64,000 nt of DNA, taken from positions 5,184,001 through 5,248,000 of the forward strand of contig OZ244937.1 of NCBI GenBank assembly GCA_965222075.1, in the 5' to 3' direction. Positions within the stretch are counted from its first letter, which is position 1. Each line of letters begins with the position of its first letter. This document shows positions 31,368 through 41,250 of the stretch, in pieces. The DNA comes from Candidatus Latescibacterota bacterium (GTDB taxonomy: Bacteria; Latescibacterota; UBA2968; GCA-2709665). Both the position numbers and the translations under genes were made by a program. Under the pieces are notes generated by a model. That model was not told the DNA's origin. It ran no database searches and saw only the letters and a program-made list of their open reading frames with translations.

Positions 31368-31794
31368 AGCGCTCCTTCGTTTGACGAAATTTATCTTGTA
31401 AGCGGATGGTGGAAAGCGAACTGACAGAGGGTGGTGGCAGGGACTGAACGCGGCGACAGATTGAGCTATCTCAAAGATATGATGTCCGACTTCTTTCACC
31501 AAGCATAATTGTAGGCCGGATACGAGCCCCGCGATTATATACACTTCTGGACAGCGGGGTGAGTTGTTACTATCTTACCGTTTGGTGAGGCTGGCGGAAG
31601 AGGCGCCGCTGGCCCGACTGTGGCCGTATCCTGCGGAGCATGCGAAACGGGACGCTGCGGCTGTGGTACGTGTACGAGTTGCATTCACTGATTTAAATAA
31701 GTTCCTTATTTATCAACGGAATAAAAGGTGTTCGCCCTGACAACGATCCACAATGACACCCTGACGCTCCAGAGCTCAAAAAGGAGACCCCCCA

Positions 31795-32691
31795 ATGCGA
31801 CGCTTCACCCGCACCCCCTACGTAGACCCTGACAGCCCGGAATGCCGCGAGGTCCGGGGAACCCTGAAACTCGGCGAAACCGTCGTCATTGAGGTCCCCG
31901 GCGGCGCCGACGGAGACCTCAAGCCGGGTGTCGTACCGGAAATCGCCACCAGGCGCGGGTCGCGTAACGGCCCATTCATTATCGAGGACGTGAAGCCCGG
32001 CGACTGGGTGTCCATTGAAGTCATCGACATCAAGGTGGGCCCCTACGGCTACTACAACAATGGCGGCCCCTTCCGGGGTAGCCTGCGTTCCGTCGCTCCC
32101 GTGCGGGACGGGCTGGTCCACTTCCCTCCCGATTTCGTCGTCCCATCCCGTCCTATGATCGGCGTCATGCAGCTGGAACCCGTATCCCAGCACCCCTCTC
32201 CCTGGAACCACGGCGGCAACATGGACTATAATTCCATCCGGGCCGGAAGCACCGTGCACATCCGCACCCAGAAGGAGGGTGGCTATTTTTTCGTGGGCGA
32301 TGTCCACGCCCGGATGGGGGATGGAGAGCTTACCGCGACCGGCATCGAGATCGACGCCGATCTTACCCTGCGCATCGACCGGTCGCCCGGTTTCCCCACC
32401 GGTGGCCCGGTGGTAGAGACCGCCGATGAGATCCTCACCTGCGGAATGGGCGCTAATTGGGAGGAGGCTTTGAAGATCGCATGGACCGAGATGGTGGGCC
32501 TGATCGCCTACCGCTACGACACGACAGTAGAGTACGCCAACCTCATCGTGGGCACGATCGGCGACGCCATCCCCGGGTACGCTGCTGGTACTCTTAACCA
32601 TCGAGGTTTCAAAAGGGAGGGCGTTTACGCGACCTGTCAAATCGCCATCACGAAGGACCTGCGCCGCACGGGAGAACCCTATAAACCGTAA
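31795..32691 (+). CDS. Acetamidase/formamidase family protein
   Basis: 'HGGNMD' and 'GDVHARMGDGE..TGIE' motifs. Confidence 0.85.
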   Translation: MRRFTRTPYVDPDSPECREVRGTLKLGETVVIEVPGGADGDLKPGVVPEIATRRGSRNGPFIIEDVKPGDWVSIEVIDIKVGPYGYYNNGGPFRGSLRSVAPVRDGLVHFPPDFVVPSRPMIGVMQLEPVSQHPSPWNHGGNMDYNSIRAGSTVHIRTQKEGGYFFVGDVHARMGDGELTATGIEIDADLTLRIDRSPGFPTGGPVVETADEILTCGMGANWEEALKIAWTEMVGLIAYRYDTTVEYANLIVGTIGDAIPGYAAGTLNHRGFKREGVYATCQIAITKDLRRTGEPYKP

Positions 32692-32733
32692 GGCGTTCCG
32701 TGTTTTCAGCAAAATACAAGAGGGAGACGATCC

Positions 32734-33711
32734 GTGGCGAAGCACGATGTGTTGAAAGTAGCCGTTATTGGCGGCGGCAATATCGCCCGGCACCACCTGC
32801 CCGTGCTGGTAGACCTGCCACAGGTGGAAGTGACCGCTCTGGTGGACATCCATGCGAAGACCCGGCAGGAGACCGCGGACCGCTTCGGGATACCGCAGCG
32901 CCTGAGCGCTCACGCGGAGCTATGCGAAGGGGACCGGCCGGACGCCGTCTTTGTGCTGGTGAGCGTGCTGCAGGTTGCCGATGTGGCGGCCGACTTCATC
33001 CGCGCGGGCATTCCCACCTTTCTGGAAAAACCGCCGGGCCTTTATACATCGCAGACGCGCTACCTGGCGCAGCTGGCGCGGGAGCACCACACCCTGGCCA
33101 TGGTTGGCGTCAACCGGCGCTTTTATTCTACCTTGCTCAAAGGCAGGGAAATGCTGCTTGAGGCAGGGCCGATCCGGAGCATTTCGGTGGAAGCACATGA
33201 GGACCTGGAGCGCGTGCGTGAGAACCCCAAGTTCTCCGAGGAGGTGGCGCGTCGGTGGAGCGCCGCCAACGGCATCCACGCGCTCGACCTGCTGCGGTTT
33301 TTTGGTGGTGACGTGGCCCAGGTCAAGTCCGTGGGCCGAGTGGTCGAGGGCCCCATGCCGGACTGCTGCACTGCGACCATCGAATTTGTCGATGGCGCCA
33401 TTGGCCGCGCCCTGATGGACTGGTTCGCGCCGGGCGGTCACCGCTTTGAAGTGCGCACCACGGGCGCGACCCTCACGTCGGACCCGTACAACTATGCACC
33501 TGTGTTGCGCCGCCGCGGAAGGGCGTCCGTTACGATCGAGCTGGAGGAGATTGATCGACGCTACAAGGCGGGGTTCTACCGGCAAGACGAGACCTTTGTA
33601 AAATGCGTCGTTGAAGGAACGCCACTGCCTTTTCCCGCCTGCGGCCTCGACGACGCCGTGAAGACCATGGCGTTAATTGACGCCATCGCCGGCACCGGGG
33701 AGTGTGAGTAG
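32734..33711 (+). CDS. Gfo/Idh/MocA oxidoreductase
   Basis: IGGGNIA..H, EKPP, NRRF and IH.LD motifs. Confidence 0.85.
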   Translation: MAKHDVLKVAVIGGGNIARHHLPVLVDLPQVEVTALVDIHAKTRQETADRFGIPQRLSAHAELCEGDRPDAVFVLVSVLQVADVAADFIRAGIPTFLEKPPGLYTSQTRYLAQLAREHHTLAMVGVNRRFYSTLLKGREMLLEAGPIRSISVEAHEDLERVRENPKFSEEVARRWSAANGIHALDLLRFFGGDVAQVKSVGRVVEGPMPDCCTATIEFVDGAIGRALMDWFAPGGHRFEVRTTGATLTSDPYNYAPVLRRRGRASVTIELEEIDRRYKAGFYRQDETFVKCVVEGTPLPFPACGLDDAVKTMALIDAIAGTGECE

Positions 33712-33767
33712 CCATTCAACAGAGCCCTGAATGCAAATTTACGGATGCGAGGGAGGGGGGACACCGT

Positions 33768-34889
33768 ATGACAGATCCGTCGATCCATAACAAATTGGAG
33801 GGGCCGCGGCCGGCGCGGGTCGAGGATCAAGGAGCGATTCTGGATACGATCGATTTTGTGCACCGTACATCTGTGGGCAGGTCGCCCTCTATGGCGAGGG
33901 ATTATCCGCACGTGTACGCGTCCGGCAATCTGAAGAATGTCTTTGTGATCGAGGCAGGTGAGAAGGTGGTCTGCTCCACGGGCGTCTGGGTGAACGAGGT
34001 TCAATTGGGTGGAACGCGTCTGCGCGTGGGTGGGATCAACTCCGTGGCCACGCTGCCGGGGTTTCGGAAACGGGGTCTGGGGGCGGCGGTTATGCAGGCA
34101 GCGCATGCGCGCATGCGCGAGATGGGCTGTCACGTGGGCCTTCTGGGCACGGATATCTCCAACTGGTATCGACGGCTGGGCTGGGAATACGGGGGCATCG
34201 AACGGTCGTACCGCCTGGACCGGGGCAACATCGGGCTGCTGCCGACGCTGCCGCAGGACATCGCGTGCGAGGCGTTTAAAGAGGAGATGGCCGAGGAGGT
34301 GCTGGCGGTACACCACGCCGATCGGCTGGGCGGGATTCGAACGCCGGGATTGTTCGATCAGCTCTTGTCTGCCAAGAAGATCTCGAATGCGGTGGTGGCC
34401 AGGAAGGATTCGGAGGTGATCGCCTATCTGTTGACCAGGGGACAGACGGCGGTTGAGTGGGGCGGTCCAGCGGCGGTGGTTGCCGGGCTTGTGCAGGCGT
34501 GGTTTGAAGATCTGGACGACCCGGCGTCCAGCACGTCCACGCGCGATGCCGACTTCAGACCGGTCGGGCTGGTGGGCTTGACAGTTACCACTCCCGGAGG
34601 AGGCCACCCGTTTATAACGGTGCTTGAGGATCTGGGGATTCCTTACAGTACGGGGTATGTGGGGATGATTCTGCTGATAGATCCGCAGGAGGTTCTGAAG
34701 GCGTTCGGGCACAGGGATATCGTCGTTTTCGAGGAGAAGGGGAGGGTCGGCCTGGCGCGGGGGGATGAGTCTGACACGCTGACGCGCAACGAATTGGTGA
34801 AGCTTTTTTTGGGACCGGAACGGGTGAGCAGTTTTGCCGGCGATGTGTTTCCGCTTCCGTTCTACCAGTGGGTGCTGGAACACGTGTAG
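33768..34889 (+). CDS. GNAT N-acetyltransferase (Eis-like)
   Basis: 'GGINSVAT.PGFRKRGLG' and 'WYRRLGWE' motifs. Confidence 0.8.
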   Translation: MTDPSIHNKLEGPRPARVEDQGAILDTIDFVHRTSVGRSPSMARDYPHVYASGNLKNVFVIEAGEKVVCSTGVWVNEVQLGGTRLRVGGINSVATLPGFRKRGLGAAVMQAAHARMREMGCHVGLLGTDISNWYRRLGWEYGGIERSYRLDRGNIGLLPTLPQDIACEAFKEEMAEEVLAVHHADRLGGIRTPGLFDQLLSAKKISNAVVARKDSEVIAYLLTRGQTAVEWGGPAAVVAGLVQAWFEDLDDPASSTSTRDADFRPVGLVGLTVTTPGGGHPFITVLEDLGIPYSTGYVGMILLIDPQEVLKAFGHRDIVVFEEKGRVGLARGDESDTLTRNELVKLFLGPERVSSFAGDVFPLPFYQWVLEHV

Positions 34890-34914
34890 CGGATTGTACA
34901 AGGAGACAGGTAAG

Positions 34915-36525
34915 ATGGAAATCATCTGTGGACCCTATCTGCAAAATGTGACGAAACACGCGATCACGATTATGTGGCACACGAATGAACCGGGAACGTC
35001 GCTTGTGGAATACGGGGCGAGCGAGAGGCTGGGGTGGAACGCGTACGTGGGAAGGCTCAAACCCGTTTATGATACCCGGCAGGGGGACGAGAGGCCAAAG
35101 ACGATCCACGCGGTCAGGCTGGAGGGGCTCGAGGAAGAGTGGGTGTATGATTATCGCGTACGGTCCAGCGGCTCCGACGGCTCGGAAGCAATGTCTGTTC
35201 CGGCGAGCTTCCGGACGGCCGCCAAAGATGGCTCTCCTTTTCGCTTTGTGACATACGGTGACAGCCACGGGATCAACCAGATGCACAGGCGAAATGCAGA
35301 GCTGGCCCGGGCGTACCGGGCCGATATCTGCGTTGGAACCGGGGATACTGTGCACGATGTGATCTCGAGGCTCAGGGGACAGTTTTTCGGCAGTACGCAC
35401 GAATTGCTTAAATATACTCCCTGGTTCGCGTCGATGGGAAATCATGACTCGCCCAATGAGGGGTATTTCCAGTATTTTTCGTATCCGGAACCGAGGTACT
35501 GGTATTCGTTCAACTACGGCTGCGCACACTTTACGATTATGAACAGCAACATGGACTACCGGGCCGGGTCGGAGCAGTGGGCGTGGCTGGAAAGGGATCT
35601 GGAGCGGTTTCGGGATGCACGGTGGAAGTTCGTGGTTTTCCACCACCCACCCTTCTGTTCCAATAATTGCGAGATTGTTGAGACACGGGTGCTCTGCCCC
35701 CTGTTTGAAGCGTACGGGGTGGACATTGTGTACAATGCGCATGCAACGATTTACGAGCGATTTCACCCGTTGACCGGGGGGCAGTACGATGCTGGGGGAG
35801 GGGTGGTTTATTTCGTGTCCGGCGGTGGAGGGTACGACATGGGGCGGACGCCAAGTGAACTGTGGGATCACCTGCATCCATTCTCGGCCTTTGCCAGGCC
35901 GGTGAATCACTTTCTGCTTACGACCGTGGCGGCAGATGAGTGCCGCGTTCGGGCGATTGACACCGAGGACCGGGTGTTCGATTCTCTGGTTCTGACCAAA
36001 CCCTCGTCCAGGCTCGTTTCCCTGCCCCCGGCGAGCGCTCAGCTTCCCTATCCCGACCTGCCGGAGGCAGGTACGGTGGTGGCCGGGTTCGAGGAGGCCC
36101 CTGTGCGGTGGGTGCTGCCCCGGCCCCAGTATGCGGTGGATGCGGATGTGACCCATTCCGGGGGGAACAGCATCCGCTGGACGAACGACGGAAGCGAACC
36201 CGTTTTCCCCGCTCTGCGGCGGGTTTTGAAGGCGGACGACAGGGCCTTAGATGCTGTGGCGGGCAAGTCTTACCGGGTTTCCGCCTGGGTGAAGACACAG
36301 GATGTGTCCGGCGGGGTGACGGTGTCTCTCTCCTGGAATGGGGATATGGGGTTCATCGGGCGTGCGCAATCCGATCCGCTGGACGGCACGCGGGATTGGA
36401 CCCGGGTCGAGGTCGAGGTTCCGACTATGTATCCATACGTCTATTTCTGCCGGGTGCTGCTTTCCGCCACCCCCGGGTCTACGGGGACGGCCTGGTTTGA
36501 TGATGTAGAGGTGGAGGAGATTTGA
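34915..36525 (+). CDS. Purple-acid-phosphatase-like metallophosphoesterase with FN3 N-domain and CBM-like C-domain
   Basis: GPYLQ, YGDSH, GD, GNHD and HHPP motifs; C-terminal 'GTAWFDDV'; RBS AGGAG before ATG 34915. Confidence 0.8.
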   Translation: MEIICGPYLQNVTKHAITIMWHTNEPGTSLVEYGASERLGWNAYVGRLKPVYDTRQGDERPKTIHAVRLEGLEEEWVYDYRVRSSGSDGSEAMSVPASFRTAAKDGSPFRFVTYGDSHGINQMHRRNAELARAYRADICVGTGDTVHDVISRLRGQFFGSTHELLKYTPWFASMGNHDSPNEGYFQYFSYPEPRYWYSFNYGCAHFTIMNSNMDYRAGSEQWAWLERDLERFRDARWKFVVFHHPPFCSNNCEIVETRVLCPLFEAYGVDIVYNAHATIYERFHPLTGGQYDAGGGVVYFVSGGGGYDMGRTPSELWDHLHPFSAFARPVNHFLLTTVAADECRVRAIDTEDRVFDSLVLTKPSSRLVSLPPASAQLPYPDLPEAGTVVAGFEEAPVRWVLPRPQYAVDADVTHSGGNSIRWTNDGSEPVFPALRRVLKADDRALDAVAGKSYRVSAWVKTQDVSGGVTVSLSWNGDMGFIGRAQSDPLDGTRDWTRVEVEVPTMYPYVYFCRVLLSATPGSTGTAWFDDVEVEEI

Positions 36526-36732
36526 CTGCTCTACCTGGCGCGGGGAAATCCGGGCGTTCATACCTTTCCAGCACAAAAAGGGCTTGCCGAAAGATGACCC
36601 GTTTTGTTTTTTTACTCTGTATTGGCGATGTGCCTATTTTGACTGCCTTTACCTGTTTGTAGACCCTTTTCTACCCGTCCGTGTTCGGGCACAAGACGCG
36701 GGAAACAAGGCCGAGAAGAGGCCCAAACAGGG

Positions 36733-39700
36733 ATGGCTGAGAACAGGAAGTCCCCATTGAGTGCTGGAATCGCCATCAGGGAAGGACAGGTTCTCACCGG
36801 TCCGCTGTTCAGCGAGCCGATGCAGGTGGAGACTGTTCGCTCAAACGGGCCTGACGTCTGGGTCGCGGGCCTCGTCGGTCAGCGATCTGAACGGTTCCGC
36901 CGGGTCACGCTCACGTCAGACGATATTTCCAACCTGACCATCGCCGACTCCGCTCTTTCCTACGATGGCGATGGGCGGCTTCTGCGGATCGGCCTCCAGG
37001 CCTATACGCTCGGTATCGCCTACGAGTTCGATCCCTATTTCGGGCTTTCCATCTCGCGCGTGGACCCGCTGCCGCACCAGCTCGAAGCGGTCTACGAGCA
37101 CCTGCTCAAGCTGCCCAGCGTGCGCTTTCTGCTCGCCGACGATGCGGGTGCGGGCAAGACCATCATGGCGGGTCTCCTGGTGCGTGAGCTCAAGCTTCGG
37201 GGTCTCATCGAACGCGTCCTGGTGGTATGCCCCGCGAACCTGACGTTTCAGTGGCAGCGGGAACTCAAGGAAAAGTTCGACGAGAAGTTTATCGTGTTCA
37301 AGGGCAGCGACATCCGCGACCAGTTCGGGGTCAACCAGTGGCTGGAGCAGAAGCAGGTCATCACCTCGCTCGACCTGGCCAAGCGTACCGAGATCCTGCC
37401 CGGACTGGCGCAGGTGCGCTGGGATCTGGTGATCGTTGATGAGGCGCACCGCATGTCGGCACGCGACGAGACCCACAAGAGCCAGCGCTACCGGCTGGGG
37501 GAGCTGCTGCGTGACAGTTCCGATCACGTGCTTCTGCTGACCGCCACGCCACACAAGGGCGACCCACAGAACTTCACGCTGTTCCTGCAGCTGCTGGACC
37601 GGGACGCTTATGCGGACGTGAGATCGATCCACGAGGCGATGGAACGACGGCGAGCGCCTTTCTACCTGCGTCGAACCAAGGAGGCGATGGTCCATTTTCC
37701 GGAGCCCCAGGAGAACGGAGGGTGGACCGCGAAGCCGGTATTCACCAGGCGTATCCCGCGCACGGCTGCCTTCAATATCGATGGTCCCGAGTTCGCGCTC
37801 TACGACAGGATCACGCGGTTCGTGAAACGGCAGAGCACCCGTGCAGCCGCACAGGGCGACGATCCGAGGGCGCGGGCCGTCGGATTCCTGATGGCGCTCT
37901 ACCAGCGGCGCCTCGCTTCCAGCACGTACGCGATGCGGCGGTCGCTCGAGAACCGGGCAAGGCGTCTGAAGGAGGGACTCAAGCGCGCGCAGGATCTGGT
38001 GCGGACTGCGCCCCCGGACCTTCCCGATCCGGAAGATCTCGATGAGCTTGAGGACGCCGAGCGCGAGCGCCTGGAGAGGATGCTGGAGGCGATCACGCTG
38101 GCCGGCAATGCCGAGCAGGTCCGTGACGAGATCGCCGAACTCCTGGAACTTGCCGAAGAGGCGAAGGTTGTCGAGGGCGCGGGTAGTGAGGCGAAACTGG
38201 GCCATCTGCGGGAGATCATGCAGGATGAGGGATTCTTCGACCGGCGTGACCAGCGACTGCTGATCTTCACCGAGTTCAAGGATACGCTCGACCACCTGAT
38301 GGAGCATTTGAAAGCCTGGGGCTTCAGCGTCGGCTGCATCCACGGCGGGATGAAGCCTGGCTCGCGTGACGAACCGGGAAGCCGGCTCCATACCGAACAG
38401 CAATTCCGCGAGGGCGCCATCCAGGTTCTGGTGGCCACCGAGGCGGCCGGCGAAGGCATCAACTTGCAGTGCTGCCACATCCTCTTCAACTACGATATCC
38501 CGTGGAACCCGAACCGGCTCGAACAGCGCATGGGCCGCATCCACCGCTACGGACAGCACCACGATTGTTTGATCTTCAACTTCGTGGCGAGCAACACCAT
38601 TGAGGGACGGGTGCTGCAGCGTCTCTTATACAAGCTCCAGGAGATCCGCGACGCCCTTGATGACGACGCGGTGTTTAACGTGGTGGGAGAGGTCTTGCCG
38701 TCCGCCCACGTGGAGCGCGTGCTGCGGGACTACTACGCGGGGAAGCTGGGCGACGCCGATCTTGAAGAGCGGCTCTTGAAGGATGTGGATGAAGGCCACT
38801 TCCGGGCCATCTGCCAGACGGCGCTGGAGGGCCTGGCCGCCAAGAGGCTCAACCTGGACATGCTCATCGAGCGCCGGGCACGGGCACAGGAGCGGCGCGT
38901 GGTGCCCGAGACCCTCGCGCGGTTCATTTGCGAGTGCGCCCGGGATGCGGCGCTGGCTCTGAAGCCGGTGAGCCGCCTGGCGCATACGTATGAGCCGGGG
39001 CGGACGCCGTCCGGCTTGAAGAAGTACGAGCGCGAAGCGGATTGGAAGCTCCCGGAATTGGCGGTCCGTTATCCGCGCCTGTCGACCGACCGCAACACAG
39101 CGGAGGAGCACAACCTCGAGTGGGTGACCCCCGGGCATCCGCTGTTCGAGGCCCTGCGCCGGCACAGTCTCGAACTGGGTCAGGACGCCTTCACCAGGGG
39201 CGCGTGCTTCTATTCTCTTGCGCACGAAGCGCCGGCGCGTCTCGACTTCTACCGGGCGCGGGTCGTGGATGGTCTTGGACAGGTTATCCACGAACGGCTG
39301 TTCACCGTAGAGCTGAATGGTGACGGTTCCCCCGGTCTTTGTGAGCCGGATGTCCTGGGCAATCTGACTCCCACCCCTGCACCGGATGGCTTGCCCGCCG
39401 TGGCCTCGCTGCCGGAAGACACGGCCTGGCTGAACGAGCACGCGCTGCTCCCGTTCATCGACGAGGTGCGCGCAGAGCGTCTGGCCGAGGTCGAGCGCAT
39501 TGCCGAGCACGTCGAGCTTTCCTTGACCGAGGTGCTGCAGCGGATCGATGAAGAGATCGGCCGTGCCGCCGAGGAGGTGGAGAATGACGTGACCGGCGCC
39601 GAGGGCCGCCTGGCGCAAGCCGAAACCCGGCATGCCGAGGTGATGGTGCGCCGCGAGCACCGACGTGAGGAACTCAAGCAGCAGCGGGCGGTAACGCTGC

Positions 39701-40209
39701 AGGGCGTGGAGCGGCTGGCCAGCGCGCTCGTTCTGCCTCACCCCGAACGCGGGACGCTGGATGTCCGCCGCCTGCGGCCGCATCCTGAGACCGAGATGAC
39801 GGCGATGCGTGTGGTCATGGAATACGAGACCGCGCGGGGGTGCCAGGTCTATGACGTGCACAAGAAGAACCTCGGCTACGACGTGACCAGCCTCGATCCG
39901 CAGTCAGGCGAGTTGCGTCTGATTGAGGTGAAGGGTCTCGCTGCGGCTACCGGGAGTATTCTGCTCACGCCGAATGAGCGTCGCGTGGCCGAGGATCGGC
40001 CCGACTGCTTCTGGCTCTATGTGGTGACCCACTGCGCCAGCGTCCCGCAACTTCAGGAGCCGGTCAGAGATCCCGCGCGGTTCCCGTGGCACGAGGTCAC
40101 CAAGGTCGCCCATTACTGGCTGAGCGTGAACGCCCTGAAGCAGCCGATGGAGGTTCGGGAAGGCAGGGTGAGCTACGGCGGGAAGAACGAGCCATCAAGA
40201 AATCGATAG
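36733..40209 (+). CDS. SNF2-family helicase with C-terminal DUF3883 (NOV_C, PD-(D/E)xK-like) domain
   Basis: LADDAGAGKT, DEAH, TATP, EGINLQ and QRMGRIHR motifs; C-terminal GYDV.S...IEVKG. Confidence 0.9.
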   Translation: MAENRKSPLSAGIAIREGQVLTGPLFSEPMQVETVRSNGPDVWVAGLVGQRSERFRRVTLTSDDISNLTIADSALSYDGDGRLLRIGLQAYTLGIAYEFDPYFGLSISRVDPLPHQLEAVYEHLLKLPSVRFLLADDAGAGKTIMAGLLVRELKLRGLIERVLVVCPANLTFQWQRELKEKFDEKFIVFKGSDIRDQFGVNQWLEQKQVITSLDLAKRTEILPGLAQVRWDLVIVDEAHRMSARDETHKSQRYRLGELLRDSSDHVLLLTATPHKGDPQNFTLFLQLLDRDAYADVRSIHEAMERRRAPFYLRRTKEAMVHFPEPQENGGWTAKPVFTRRIPRTAAFNIDGPEFALYDRITRFVKRQSTRAAAQGDDPRARAVGFLMALYQRRLASSTYAMRRSLENRARRLKEGLKRAQDLVRTAPPDLPDPEDLDELEDAERERLERMLEAITLAGNAEQVRDEIAELLELAEEAKVVEGAGSEAKLGHLREIMQDEGFFDRRDQRLLIFTEFKDTLDHLMEHLKAWGFSVGCIHGGMKPGSRDEPGSRLHTEQQFREGAIQVLVATEAAGEGINLQCCHILFNYDIPWNPNRLEQRMGRIHRYGQHHDCLIFNFVASNTIEGRVLQRLLYKLQEIRDALDDDAVFNVVGEVLPSAHVERVLRDYYAGKLGDADLEERLLKDVDEGHFRAICQTALEGLAAKRLNLDMLIERRARAQERRVVPETLARFICECARDAALALKPVSRLAHTYEPGRTPSGLKKYEREADWKLPELAVRYPRLSTDRNTAEEHNLEWVTPGHPLFEALRRHSLELGQDAFTRGACFYSLAHEAPARLDFYRARVVDGLGQVIHERLFTVELNGDGSPGLCEPDVLGNLTPTPAPDGLPAVASLPEDTAWLNEHALLPFIDEVRAERLAEVERIAEHVELSLTEVLQRIDEEIGRAAEEVENDVTGAEGRLAQAETRHAEVMVRREHRREELKQQRAVTLQGVERLASALVLPHPERGTLDVRRLRPHPETEMTAMRVVMEYETARGCQVYDVHKKNLGYDVTSLDPQSGELRLIEVKGLAAATGSILLTPNERRVAEDRPDCFWLYVVTHCASVPQLQEPVRDPARFPWHEVTKVAHYWLSVNALKQPMEVREGRVSYGGKNEPSRNR

Positions 40210-40219
40210 TCAAATCCGT

Positions 40220-40435
40220 CGAGTTTGAGGCCTGGTACCAATGCACTATCCTCCAGACACCGTCTGGAATTTCACCAACCCTAACGGAGTGGTCAGTCGC
40301 GTCAGCAATTTGCCAGACACCGTCTGGCGAATTGGAGATCACCCCTCCAGTCGGAATCCGCAGACAGGGTCTGCAGAATTGTCGTTGGGCAGCATTACGT
40401 TGCACTTTCCGCTTCCCTGGTCCGCCTACGTCCGG
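40220..40435 (+). pseudogene. DUF1016 (YhcG) internal fragment with three CAGAC-N3-GTCTG palindromes
   Basis: ILQTPSG, ICQTPSG and FPLPWSAYVR; palindromes at 40254, 40314 and 40361. Confidence 0.7.
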
Positions 40436-40440
40436 AGGCT

Positions 40441-40839
40441 ATGCCAATGGAAGCAAAACTGAAACATCTCGAATTCATCCAGGGCGTAATCAACCGCCTC
40501 GCCACCGACTCGTTCCGTATGAAGGGATGGGCTGTGGTCTTAGTCTTAGTCTCGGCGATTCTCGTCGTGCTGGCGAAGGAAGGTCGCGTTGAGTTCGCCT
40601 ACATTGGCTTCGTCCCAGCGCTTGTCTTCTGGGGCCTCGACGGCTACTTCCTCTGGCAGGAACGTCTGTTTCGAGACCTTTACGACCACGTCCGAGTTCT
40701 GGACGAAGCGGATATCGATTTCTCGATGGAAACGGCCGCCTCCAAAAGAACCTGGCTCGGTGCGACATTCTCAAGAACACTGTACCCCTTCTATATCGCG
40801 TTGGCTCTCCTGGTCGGTGCCGCGATGATCATTAGCTAA
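40441..40839 (+). CDS. Small multi-TM protein of a family often found beside TIR (DUF1863) genes
   Basis: 'KHLEFIQGVINRLA..SF..KGW' and 'FWGLDGYFLWQERLFR.LY..VR'; followed by a TIR start. Confidence 0.65.
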   Translation: MPMEAKLKHLEFIQGVINRLATDSFRMKGWAVVLVLVSAILVVLAKEGRVEFAYIGFVPALVFWGLDGYFLWQERLFRDLYDHVRVLDEADIDFSMETAASKRTWLGATFSRTLYPFYIALALLVGAAMIIS

Positions 40840-40860
40840 CCGCACAAGGAGTCTTACGCA

Positions 40861-40995
40861 ATGGCACGCAGAGTGTTCTACAGCTTTCACTACAAACCTG
40901 ACAACTGGCGGGCCGAAGTGGCAGCCGAGCGCTCCGAGAGTCTTCAGCGCGCGATCCATTGTCTACGGAAACTCGTCGATACCGCCGGTGACTAA
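40861..40995 (+). pseudogene. TIR/ThsB-like 5' fragment fused in frame to an unrelated 3' end
   Basis: MARRVFYSFHYKPDNWRA is a typical DUF1863/ThsB start; ORF stops after 44 aa; RBS AAGGAG. Confidence 0.65.
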
Positions 40996-41170
40996 GGCCG
41001 AATTGCTCGAACTGATCCGCCGTGGTGGGGGCTCGACTCTGGCATTCAAACGAGAGGGGGTGCAAGCCCACGATGTTGCGAGAGCGGTGGTGGCGTTTGT
41101 CAACATGGCCGGCGGTACGGTTCTGATTGGCGTCGAGGAAGGGAGCGTTTCCGGCGTGACTCGTGACCGC
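40988..41170 (+). pseudogene. AlbA_2 (Schlafen-like) 5' fragment
   Basis: MTKAELLELIR.G..STL.FKR...AFVN..GG..LIGVE aligns with the N-terminus of 48307. Confidence 0.7.
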
Positions 41171-41250
41171 CGTGCGTGGTGCGTGTCGAGGAGGATAAGT
41201 GATCACGGATTCATGCAGCAACATCTCGAGTGTTGAAAAGGAATTTGAAG

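Noticed and set aside
36530-36730. Integrase, tRNA or att site at the left edge of the defence island
   Set aside because: No tRNA fold, recombinase gene or matching direct repeat was found in the window
40254-40375. CAGAC-N3-GTCTG repeats at 60-bp spacing as a mini CRISPR array
   Set aside because: The repeats are only ~13-17 bp, the spacers are homologous between loci and encode the DUF1016 linker, and no cas genes are present
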